IMG/VR virus record: IMGVR_UViG_2565956771_000001
Span: 24 to 64,023 of that record
DNA length: 64,000 nt
Direction: 5' to 3' (one strand)
Source of the DNA: a virus
A model generated the notes under the pieces. The model was given only the letters and a program-made list of their open reading frames with translations. It ran no database searches and was not told the DNA's origin. Positions 26,005 to 34,076 of the stretch are shown here, piece by piece. The position numbers and the translations under genes are program-made. Every line of letters begins with the position of its first letter. Positions within the stretch are counted from its first letter, which is position 1.

Positions 26005-29000
26005 ATGAGCGCAGTAGCAAAGAAGACGTCCCGTGCCGCAGCTCGCACCCGCCGCGCCGTGATCGGCAGCAAAGGCGGCCAGGCCAAAGAGAAAAAGCCA
26101 AGCATTGCGCAGAATAGCGTTCCTTCGATTTCTACCGCACGCATCCTCTACATGTGGAGCTGGGGACCAATTGTTGGCCCGGTTGATGGCCTGCGCTCGA
26201 TCAAGCTGGACGGCACCCCAATCCAGGGGCCGGACGGCACGTTGAACTACCCCGGCGTCAAATGGCAGTTCCGTAACGGTGAGCTGAATCAGGCTCGCCT
26301 GGAGGGCAATACCGAGTCCAGCAACGAGATCGACGTCAAGCAGGAGCTGATCTTTGGCACTCCCTGGCTGCACAGCATCGCCAACCCGGTACTCGACGCG
26401 GTGCGCCTGCGCCTGAGCTGGCCAGTGCTTCGCAGCCAAGATGCAGCCGGCAACATCAACGGCGTGCGCATTGATTACGCGGTGGATATTTCTACTGACA
26501 ATGGCCCCTACCTGGAAGCGCTGGTCTCGTTTGTCGACCGGAAGAACGTTACCGAGTACGAGCGAGCTCATCGGCTTGAGCTTCCCGCCGGCAACCGGTG
26601 GACAGTTCGTGTGCGTCGTCTGACCCCGAATGCCAACTCCGACCTGGTGGCCGACCAGATGGTGGTAAAGGCCATCGCAGAGGTGGTCGATAGCGATCAG
26701 GAATATCCGCTCACCGCTGTAAGCAGCATCGAGTACGACGCCCAGACCTTCGGCGGCGACATCGCTAAGATTGCCGTGCTGATGCGCGGTCGCATCATTC
26801 GGGTTCCCACCAACTACAACCCGGAGACACGCACGTACTCAACATCTGGCACGGGTACGAGCAACGGCATTTGGGATGGCACGTTCAAAGAGGCCTATAC
26901 CAACAACCCGGCGTGGATCTTCTACGACCTGGTGCTGCACCCGTACTACGGCCTCGGCGACCGCATCGACGCAACAATGGTTGATCGCTGGTCGCTCTAT
27001 CGCATCGCGCAGTACTGCGACCAGATGGTGCCGGACGGAAAGGGGGGCATGGAGCCGCGTTTCACCTGCAACCTTTATTTCCAGAAGCAAGCCGAAGCTT
27101 ACGCGGTGCTCCAGGACCTGGCCTCTATCTTCCATGGCCTGGCCTACTGGGATGGCAGCCAGATCGTGGTCAACGCCGATATGCCGGGCGACCCGGTGTA
27201 CACCTACAACCAGACGCAGATCCTGCACAACGGCGCCATCAAGTACGAAGGCACCCGAGCGCGTGATCGGCACACCTTGTACATGGTCGGCTGGGACAAC
27301 CCAGACCAGGGCTTTGAAACTGACAAAGAGCCTGTGTTCGACGATGAGGCCATGATCGAGCTGGGCGGTATCGTTCGGGAAACCTCGGTTGGCGCTATTG
27401 GCTGCACGTCCCTTGGCCAGGCGCAGCGCGCAGGGCAGTGGGCAGCGCTGACCGAGAAGCTACAAACCCAGGGCGGAGTGTTTCGTGTCGGCCTTGACGG
27501 CGACATTCCTAAGCCTGGGCAGGTCATCGCGGTGGCCGATCCAATGTTGGTGGGCCGCAAAAACGGCGGGCGTATTGCCGCGGCGGCGGGCAGGGTGGTA
27601 ACGCTGGATCGCGACACTGTGGTGCCGGTCGGTGCCCGCCTGATGGTCAACCTTCCCAGCGGCAAGTCAGAGGGCCGGGTGGTCAAATCTGTGGCAGGGC
27701 GAGATGTTACCGTCATGGCCGACTTCAGTGAGCAGCCGCAGGCAGAGTGCGGGTGGATTCTCGACTACGAAGACTTGAAGCTGATGCAATTCTACGTCCG
27801 CAACGTCACGCGGCCGGAGTGGCACCAGTTCCAGCTCGAGGTGATCCAGCACGACCCTAGCAAGTTTGACGCTATCGACAACGGCGCCGTAGTGGATCCT
27901 CGCCCAATCACTGGCATACCCATTGGGAGCCAGGACGCACCGGCCCGCGTCATGCTCAGTCAGCACGTCGTGATTGAGCAGGGCATCGCCTTCACGGTGA
28001 TGTCGATCGCCTGGGACGCCGCGCCAAACGCCGTCGCTTATGACGTGGAATGGAAGTGGGGTGCCCGTGAGTGGGTCAGGGTTCCGCGCACCGCTGAGCA
28101 AATGATCGATGTCCGTGGTATTTACTCGGGGCAGTACATGGCCAGGGTGCGGGCTGTGAGCGCGCTCAACGTTTCGTCGATCCCGGTAACCTCTGCGCTG
28201 ACCAACCTGGAAGGCAAGACCGGCTTGCCGCCGGCGGTGTCGTTCCTGACCACCACCAGCGAGCTGTTCGGCATCGGCATCAAGTGGGGCTTCCCTGCTG
28301 GCGCCGAGGATACTCAGCGCACCGAGCTTTGGTATGGCCAGGCGAATAACCTGGATGCCGCGACCAAGCTGGCCGACCTGGCATATCCGCAGGCCGACTA
28401 CCGTATGCAGTCTCTGCTGGGGGGCGCGACACTGTTCTTCTGGGCGCGCCTGGTGGACCGTACCGGCAACATCGGTCCGTTCTATCCGGTGGTGAATGGG
28501 GTGATGGGCCAGGCCAGCTCGGATGCTGGGCCGATCCTTGAGCAGATCAAAGGGCAGATCGACGAGACGTCCCTGGGGCAACTGCTGAATGAGCGCATCA
28601 ACCTTATCGACGGCAATGGCCCTGGCTCGGTCAATGGGCGCATCGAAGCGGCCAAGGATGAGCTGGAAGGTTTGATTGACCAGATCGTCGACGCGCTTGA
28701 GTACGTCCCTTCCAAGGCTTATACCCTTGGCAATATCGTCCGAGTTGGCCAGCACTTATATCAGGCAAAGGGTGATGTACCTGCGGGCGCGGCGCCCCCA
28801 AATGCTACTTATTGGGTTGATATCGGTACGGTGGTGCAGACCGTTGACGCTCTGGTCCTTCAGGTCCAGCAGAATTCCGCGACGATCACGCAACACGGTC
28901 AGGACATTACCGCCCAGGCTTCGCAATTGAACGCCGTCAAATCCACAGTGAATGATCCTGTCACCGGGGTGGTTGCGACTGCAAGCGGCCTGAGCACGCT

Positions 29001-29889
29001 CAAGACCACGGTCACCACGCTAGATGGCAAGGTGACCACCACGGCAGAGCGGGTTGACGGCATTTACCTGCAGGTCAATCCGCCGCTCCAGGGCGATAGC
29101 GGTTCGATGATGGGGTCGGAGGCAAGCTATGTGGGTGTCTGGTCTACCCAGTCCGCGCTGATCGAGGGCGACTTGGTACAAGGCCAGCGCACAGATGCGG
29201 TCGAGGTAAAAACCTCGGCGAACGCTGCTGCCGTGCTGTCTGAGCAAACCGCTCGCATCAATGCGGATGGTGCTCTTTCCACTCGGATCGACACCGTTAC
29301 AGCGCAGACGGCGAGTAATGCCTCGGCGGTCCAGGCAGAAATCATTGCTCGGACGAATGCTGATCAGGCTCTCGGCCAGCGCATCGACACCGTTCAGACG
29401 ACGGTGGGCGGGAATACGCTCGCAATCCAGACCAACGCCACAGCCATACAAACGGTCGACGGCAAGGTCACCGGGAGCTGGTCGGTGCGTATGCAGTACG
29501 AAAGTGCCAGCGGCTTGTACAAGTACGCGGGTATCGGCCTGGGCCTGGAGAACGGTCCCGGTGGGTTGCAGTCGCAGTTCATTATCGACGCCGACAGGTT
29601 CGCTATCGGCCAGGCCGGGACTGTGCCGTTCGCAGTCACGGGTGGGCAGACCTTCATCAAGGCTGCGTTCATCCAGGATGGCACGATCACCAACGCCAAG
29701 ATCGGTAACTACATCCAGTCGAACAACTACGACCCGCAAAAGGCTGGATGGAAGCTGTTCTTCGACGGGACGTTCGAAATCAACGGCGTAGCTCCAGGTC
29801 AAGGACGATCAATGATGACAAATCGGTCGCTGCGCTTTTGGGATGCGGGCGGTGTAAAGCGCCTACAGCTTGGAGATCAAACCGAATGA
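26005..29889 (+). CDS. Host-specificity / central tail tip protein J
   Basis: GSKGG, YTNNPAWIFYD, EPRFTCN, FN3 region, coiled coil, DUF1983-type C-terminus. Confidence 0.94.
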   Translation: MSAVAKKTSRAAARTRRAVIGSKGGQAKEKKPSIAQNSVPSISTARILYMWSWGPIVGPVDGLRSIKLDGTPIQGPDGTLNYPGVKWQFRNGELNQARLEGNTESSNEIDVKQELIFGTPWLHSIANPVLDAVRLRLSWPVLRSQDAAGNINGVRIDYAVDISTDNGPYLEALVSFVDRKNVTEYERAHRLELPAGNRWTVRVRRLTPNANSDLVADQMVVKAIAEVVDSDQEYPLTAVSSIEYDAQTFGGDIAKIAVLMRGRIIRVPTNYNPETRTYSTSGTGTSNGIWDGTFKEAYTNNPAWIFYDLVLHPYYGLGDRIDATMVDRWSLYRIAQYCDQMVPDGKGGMEPRFTCNLYFQKQAEAYAVLQDLASIFHGLAYWDGSQIVVNADMPGDPVYTYNQTQILHNGAIKYEGTRARDRHTLYMVGWDNPDQGFETDKEPVFDDEAMIELGGIVRETSVGAIGCTSLGQAQRAGQWAALTEKLQTQGGVFRVGLDGDIPKPGQVIAVADPMLVGRKNGGRIAAAAGRVVTLDRDTVVPVGARLMVNLPSGKSEGRVVKSVAGRDVTVMADFSEQPQAECGWILDYEDLKLMQFYVRNVTRPEWHQFQLEVIQHDPSKFDAIDNGAVVDPRPITGIPIGSQDAPARVMLSQHVVIEQGIAFTVMSIAWDAAPNAVAYDVEWKWGAREWVRVPRTAEQMIDVRGIYSGQYMARVRAVSALNVSSIPVTSALTNLEGKTGLPPAVSFLTTTSELFGIGIKWGFPAGAEDTQRTELWYGQANNLDAATKLADLAYPQADYRMQSLLGGATLFFWARLVDRTGNIGPFYPVVNGVMGQASSDAGPILEQIKGQIDETSLGQLLNERINLIDGNGPGSVNGRIEAAKDELEGLIDQIVDALEYVPSKAYTLGNIVRVGQHLYQAKGDVPAGAAPPNATYWVDIGTVVQTVDALVLQVQQNSATITQHGQDITAQASQLNAVKSTVNDPVTGVVATASGLSTLKTTVTTLDGKVTTTAERVDGIYLQVNPPLQGDSGSMMGSEASYVGVWSTQSALIEGDLVQGQRTDAVEVKTSANAAAVLSEQTARINADGALSTRIDTVTAQTASNASAVQAEIIARTNADQALGQRIDTVQTTVGGNTLAIQTNATAIQTVDGKVTGSWSVRMQYESASGLYKYAGIGLGLENGPGGLQSQFIIDADRFAIGQAGTVPFAVTGGQTFIKAAFIQDGTITNAKIGNYIQSNNYDPQKAGWKLFFDGTFEINGVAPGQGRSMMTNRSLRFWDAGGVKRLQLGDQTE

Positions 29890-30215
29890 GTTCTGCCTTA
29901 AGGATCTGGTCTTCGTCGGGGGTGCTGGAGTTCGATACGAGTGTCGCCACATACAGGATTGTTTTATCTGTTCTGGTTTCTTATTCGTCGGGCCCAGCAG
30001 GAACTCGAGAGTTTTCGGTGCTGGGTTGCAATACAAGCAACTCGATATGCTTTTTTTTGCCGATAAATAACGATACCTCGCAAGTTTCTGAAAATAGACA
30101 GTTGGAGTGCGAGATGGGTCAGGATGTGGTTTATACACGAAACTTCCTGAAAGGCAGCCCGTCTGGGTCTTTTTCATCCGCAACAATGCGGCTAATAGTT
30201 GCGAGGTGGGGGTGA
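29886..30215 (+). CDS. Tail-tip accessory protein
   Basis: MSSALRIWSSSGVLEFDT...; 4-nt overlap with the J stop. Confidence 0.72.
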   Translation: MSSALRIWSSSGVLEFDTSVATYRIVLSVLVSYSSGPAGTREFSVLGCNTSNSICFFLPINNDTSQVSENRQLECEMGQDVVYTRNFLKGSPSGSFSSATMRLIVARWG

Positions 30216-30862
30216 TGACCTATGGCTTGAGCGTTGTTAACGATGCTGGAGCGATCTCCCTAGACTCTGAGTACGCAAGGCTATGTGTTTTTCATAAAGG
30301 CACCTACAGCGCTGGCGTCACAGTCACATTCCAAAATGTGGTTGATACACAGGAACCACCGCTAATTTTCATCAGGCCGCCTGACAATGGATCGCTTATA
30401 CAGTTAGGCGTTCTGCTTGAGGGTTCTGCGGGGGCTTGGACTGGCGCTACTGTTGTGTCCGGGCAAGTCCACTCGGGCAATATTTTCGTGGGGGCGTTTT
30501 CGTCGAAGCCCTTAGCATCGTACGGGCTAAGAATGTGGGATGCCAATGGCAAGCAAATCTTCGATTCTGGTACTCAAGCAGCAGTATTTACCAGATCGTT
30601 ACAAAATTGGACTTACACGCATACTACGTATAGCGCCCAAGGATTGCCGACTAATTGGTATTCTGTTCCGCTGAGTTATGAGCTCGGCGATTACTTGATG
30701 ATTAATAACGCCAGAATGCCGATGATGGCAGGAAATAATGAGTCTCGTGGAACGGGACTTAGATATGACTTTCCTGCTGGGCTTATAAGATTCAGCGTGA
30801 CCACCGTGACGAACCCATTTTACTTCTCCCTTGCTGCAGTTTTTGGGAAGGTGGTTGTTTAA
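30215..30862 (+). CDS. Tail-tip accessory protein
   Basis: MTYGLSVVNDAG...SYGLRMWDANGKQIFDS repeated motif typical of proteins following J. Confidence 0.75.
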   Translation: MTYGLSVVNDAGAISLDSEYARLCVFHKGTYSAGVTVTFQNVVDTQEPPLIFIRPPDNGSLIQLGVLLEGSAGAWTGATVVSGQVHSGNIFVGAFSSKPLASYGLRMWDANGKQIFDSGTQAAVFTRSLQNWTYTHTTYSAQGLPTNWYSVPLSYELGDYLMINNARMPMMAGNNESRGTGLRYDFPAGLIRFSVTTVTNPFYFSLAAVFGKVVV

Positions 30863-30890
30863 ATTTAAGTCATCATAAGGATGCAAGCAC

Positions 30891-31421
30891 ATGGCAAGAC
30901 AAGAGATAAACCTTGGTACGGCCCCTACTGGTGTAGGCGGGGATACCACTCGTACGGCTGGCGTCAAGATCAACGCCATGACAGATGAGATATATAAGAA
31001 CTTCTATCAGAGGTCGAATATTCTCGCTGATGTTGCTGATTTAAACGGCCTTCCGAACGGCGGTATTATCGAGACAAAAACAAACTCAAACGGAACCTAT
31101 ACGAAATTTGCAGACGGCACTCTAATTTGCTTTAACACGTTTATCGTAACTGCGACCGTTAACCCTGGCGCGTCTGTGGTGCCATCTGTAGTTATGCCGT
31201 ACGCTTTTTCAGGCTCGCCTTATATTGCCAATTCTCTGATTTTTTATACGGCGGGGCAGGGCGCGCAGATATACTCATCCAAGCAAAACTATGGTTTGAT
31301 TGGGGTGTTCATAAACACTGGTGTGTCTGCATCTTCATCGTTCCCGAGCTTTACGACACTAGGAACTAATATTTCTTATTCCTATGAATATCGCTATTTG
31401 GCAATAGGGAGGTGGAAATAA
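30891..31421 (+). CDS. Short tail fibre (gp53-like C-terminal domain)
   Basis: MARQEINLGTAPTGVGGDTTR...; TNSNGTYTKFADGTLIC...AIGRWK. Confidence 0.8.
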   Translation: MARQEINLGTAPTGVGGDTTRTAGVKINAMTDEIYKNFYQRSNILADVADLNGLPNGGIIETKTNSNGTYTKFADGTLICFNTFIVTATVNPGASVVPSVVMPYAFSGSPYIANSLIFYTAGQGAQIYSSKQNYGLIGVFINTGVSASSSFPSFTTLGTNISYSYEYRYLAIGRWK

Positions 31422-31711
31422 TGATAATCAAATTATCGCCGCAGCGTCGGGATGATCAGCTGGTCGTCAGTAAGCGGAATGATGTGCTGACAATCAACGG
31501 TGAACGGTTCGACTTCCGAGAACTTCCTGAAGGTGCAGTCTTGCCAGCATCTGCTGTGGCTTGCGAATTCGTCGTCGGCGACGTTATGAGGCTCAACGGA
31601 GATCTGATCATAACCTTGCTCCTTCCGTGCGGACCTGAAGCAAGCAACTCAGCTTGCTTCCCTGCCGATATCGTCGCCCCACCGAACGGTAATGTGAGTC
31701 TTCCCCTATGA
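31421..31711 (+). CDS. Tail fibre assembly-associated protein
   Basis: MIIKLSPQRRDD...LTINGERFDF...GDLIITLLLP. Confidence 0.7.
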   Translation: MIIKLSPQRRDDQLVVSKRNDVLTINGERFDFRELPEGAVLPASAVACEFVVGDVMRLNGDLIITLLLPCGPEASNSACFPADIVAPPNGNVSLPL

Positions 31712-31962
31712 GTAATATCGATTTCAGCAAGATGGTTACCGCCGAGCAACGTCATGCGGATGAAGAGCGTGCCGCCCTTGAGTCCGTTCTGTCATCGCGT
31801 CGCGCTGCCTACCTGTCCGAGTCCGACCCGCTCAGGCTGGAAGCCGACTACGACGCGTTGAGCCGTGGCCTGGAGCCTGACTACACCGCCTGGCTGGCCT
31901 CAGTGGCCGCGATCAAGGCGCGTTTCCCTTTACCGGTGAGCGCTTCCGCCTTAGACGCCTAA
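31708..31962 (+). CDS. Tail fibre assembly-associated protein
   Basis: NIDFSKMVT...RRAAYLSESDPL...IKARFP. Confidence 0.7.
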   Translation: MSNIDFSKMVTAEQRHADEERAALESVLSSRRAAYLSESDPLRLEADYDALSRGLEPDYTAWLASVAAIKARFPLPVSASALDA

Positions 31963-32018
31963 AGCCAGCAGTACACCGCCACCCGCCTTGAGCGGGTTTT
32001 TTATTGCCTGGAGAAAAT

Positions 32019-32444
32019 ATGAACGCATCCGAGAAAGACCGGGACATTCTGACGCGCACGCTCTGGGGTGAGGCCCGCGGCGAAGGACTGGCCGGACAGA
32101 TCGCCGTGGCCTGGACCATCCGCAACCGCGTATTCGATGGAAAGGCCAAGTCCTGGTGGGGGGAGGGTTACGCCGGCGTTTGCCTGAAACCCTGGCAGTT
32201 CAGCTGCTGGAACCAGAACGACCCGAACCACGCGTACCTGAGTGGCGCCAAGCCGATTCCTGCAGCTCAGTTCGCCCAGGCGCAGCGTGCAGCTGACCAG
32301 GTGATGGCGGGCGTGGTGCCGGATCCAACCGGCGGCGCCACGCACTACTACGCAACCACGATGCCCAAGGCCCCGGCCTGGGCGGCGAAGGCCACGCAGA
32401 CGCTGCGCCTTGGTCACCATGTCTTCTTCAAGGATGTGCCGTGA
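32019..32444 (+). CDS. Endolysin, SleB-like cell wall hydrolase
   Basis: RTLWGEARGE...VAWTIRNR...WQFSCWN...DPTGGATHYY...HVFF. Confidence 0.9.
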   Translation: MNASEKDRDILTRTLWGEARGEGLAGQIAVAWTIRNRVFDGKAKSWWGEGYAGVCLKPWQFSCWNQNDPNHAYLSGAKPIPAAQFAQAQRAADQVMAGVVPDPTGGATHYYATTMPKAPAWAAKATQTLRLGHHVFFKDVP

Positions 32445-32971
32445 TGACGCCGATGCAGAAGCTGATCGGCCTGGGGCTGGCAATCCTGCTGGCGCTGGGC
32501 ATCGGCTTTGGCGGGGCATGGCAGGTTCAGGACTGGCGTCTGGGCAAGAAGCTGGCTGAGCGTATTGCGGAGCAGGGCGCCCGCCACCAGACGGAACTGG
32601 ATGCAATCACTGGCGAGGCCTGGCGTCAGCAGGCGGCCGAACAGGATAAGCGCCTGGCCACCGAGCAACAGCTCGCGATCCAGGACCAACACCACACCAA
32701 GGAATTATTCGATGTCCAACGCAACCAGGCTCGCCTGCGTGACCAGCTTGCTACTGCTGATGTCCGGCTGTCAGTCCTCCTCGCCGAGGATCCAGCCAGT
32801 AGCTGCAACGTGCCTACCGCCCCCGGCGCCGTCGGCGTGGTTCATGCAGCCCTTCGAGCCCCACTTGACCCAGCGCATGCGCAACGAATTGTCGCCATCA
32901 CCGACGACGGGGACAACGCCATAATCGCCTTGCGTGCGTGCCAGGCGTACGTCAGGGCTGTGGCTCCTTGA
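32441..32971 (+). CDS. Rz: i-spanin Rz
   Basis: N-terminal TM helix, coiled coil, ALRACQAYVR end. Confidence 0.88.
   Translation: MMTPMQKLIGLGLAILLALGIGFGGAWQVQDWRLGKKLAERIAEQGARHQTELDAITGEAWRQQAAEQDKRLATEQQLAIQDQHHTKELFDVQRNQARLRDQLATADVRLSVLLAEDPASSCNVPTAPGAVGVVHAALRAPLDPAHAQRIVAITDDGDNAIIALRACQAYVRAVAP
32712..32924 (+). CDS. Rz1: o-spanin Rz1 nested in Rz (+1 frame)
   Basis: MSNATRLACVTSLLLLMSGC lipobox followed by a Pro-rich segment. Confidence 0.82.
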   Translation: MSNATRLACVTSLLLLMSGCQSSSPRIQPVAATCLPPPAPSAWFMQPFEPHLTQRMRNELSPSPTTGTTP

Positions 32972-33311
32972 GTGCCCGCAGCTCTTCCAGCAATCGCTGG
33001 TTTTCCCTGAGAAGGTGGTCCCTCTGTTCCGTGATTATCGCCAACCCGTTTAACTTGCGGCCCTGGCGTGAGGTTTCCAGGTTCAGGGCAGCTACTTGGG
33101 ATAGGGCGTCTTTCAAGGAGGTCTCCGCCTGATCCTTTCCTGTCATCAGCAGATCATTCATCTGCACTAGGCCGGCAATATTCGCCCGCGCTCGACGCAG
33201 CATGCGCTCAGTCTCCACCAACTCATCCACGAGGATGGAGCACTGGTGCTGGTACATCTCCAGCTGAGTGGGGCAGCCGAGCCAATCATCGGTGTCCATG
33301 TCTACGTTCAT
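32952..33311 (-). CDS. Coiled-coil hypothetical protein at the prophage right end, SOS box upstream
   Basis: 119 aa ORF (WLGCPTQLEMY...); LexA box 17 bp upstream. Confidence 0.7.
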   Translation of the reverse strand: MNVDMDTDDWLGCPTQLEMYQHQCSILVDELVETERMLRRARANIAGLVQMNDLLMTGKDQAETSLKDALSQVAALNLETSRQGRKLNGLAIITEQRDHLLRENQRLLEELRALKEPQP

Positions 33312-33326
33312 AGCGTGAATCTCAAG

Positions 33327-33346
33327 TACTGTATGTGCTTACAGTA
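33327..33346. promoter_or_regulatory. LexA (SOS) box
   Basis: TACTGTATGTGCTTACAGTA = TA-CTGT-N8-ACAG-TA. Confidence 0.8.
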
Positions 33347-33513
33347 ATCGAGGTGGTGCAGGTTTGGGGAGTGGTGTTCGTCGGCAGGACGCCGGGGCGG
33401 GTGCGTGACATTTGCGTGACTCTCTCACGCGCTTGTAAGCTCTTGTGGGCAGTCGATTGCAGCGAGCGCCAATAAAAACAGCTACTTAACAAGGTCTCAC
33501 AGGTTTACTGCGT

Positions 33514-33560
33514 GCATGGGGTGCTAGGGGTCGAGTGTTCGAATCACTCCGTCCCGACCA
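33514..33560 (+). other. attR: 3' portion of tRNA-Pro(GGG) from the anticodon arm to CCA
   Basis: GCATGGGGTGCTAGGGGTCGAGTGTTCGAATCACTCCGTCCCGACCA contains anticodon loop ATGGGGT, T-arm GTTCGAATC and CCA; the 5' half of the tRNA is absent. Confidence 0.85.
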
Positions 33561-33575
33561 TATTTTTCAATGACT

Positions 33576-33604
33576 TAGCCCAATCTTCACAGGTTGGGCT
33601 TTTT
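33576..33604 (+). terminator. Terminator downstream of the tRNA remnant
   Basis: AGCCCAA-TCTTCACAGG-TTGGGCT-TTTT. Confidence 0.65.
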
Positions 33605-34076
33605 CATGTCTGAAAAAATACTCCCACATTTACTCCCACGGATATTCTAGATCTAGGTAGCTTTGGTATCTCAAGGGCTGTGAGCTAGCGACAGCTTTGG
33701 CATAAGCAGCAACGTGGGCGTTAGTTGAAATCAGGAACTTCGGGTCCTTTTTCGGTGCGCCCAGCATGGGCGCAATCTTGTGGGAGAAGATCCCGCCGTA
33801 ATGCAAAGCCAAGCAGCAGGCGAAAGATGTGATTCATCTCTGTCGTGGAGACGCAAAGCAAGCGGCCGAGATCTATAGCCCAATAGAGGTGGTCGCTGAA
33901 CCTATGACTGCCTGGAAGCCAGGCTACGTGTACGATCCGGGGGCCTTCGACACCAACTAGTGGTCTTGATCCTAGCTCTAGCATGTGATGGGCATACTGA
34001 TAGCCATTTACCATCGGCATGGTGGTCGTTATCCTGAAGACACGAGAACAACCGGTTGTTATTTCAGGGAAAGGAT

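Larger units (their letters stand above)
1..33560. mobile_element. Lambdoid (HK97/D3-like siphovirus) prophage, left part with its integrase outside the window; ends at attR in tRNA-Pro
   Basis: Continuous lambdoid gene order: early-left genes (-), cI/cro, O/P, Q, holin, HNH, terminases, portal, protease, capsid, tail, endolysin, spanins, then a tRNA 3' duplication. Confidence 0.95.

Noticed and set aside
10550-32971. Split lysis cassette (holin before terminase; endolysin and spanins after the tail) as a novelty
   Set aside because: Common arrangement in Pseudomonas temperate phages.
33514-33560. Functional tRNA-Pro gene
   Set aside because: Only the part from the anticodon loop to CCA is present; acceptor 5' strand and D-arm are missing, so it is treated as an att remnant.
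33630-34020. Short - strand ORFs 33630-33812 and 33721-34020 as an integrase remnant
   Set aside because: No recombinase catalytic motifs recognisable in any frame I translated; left unassigned.
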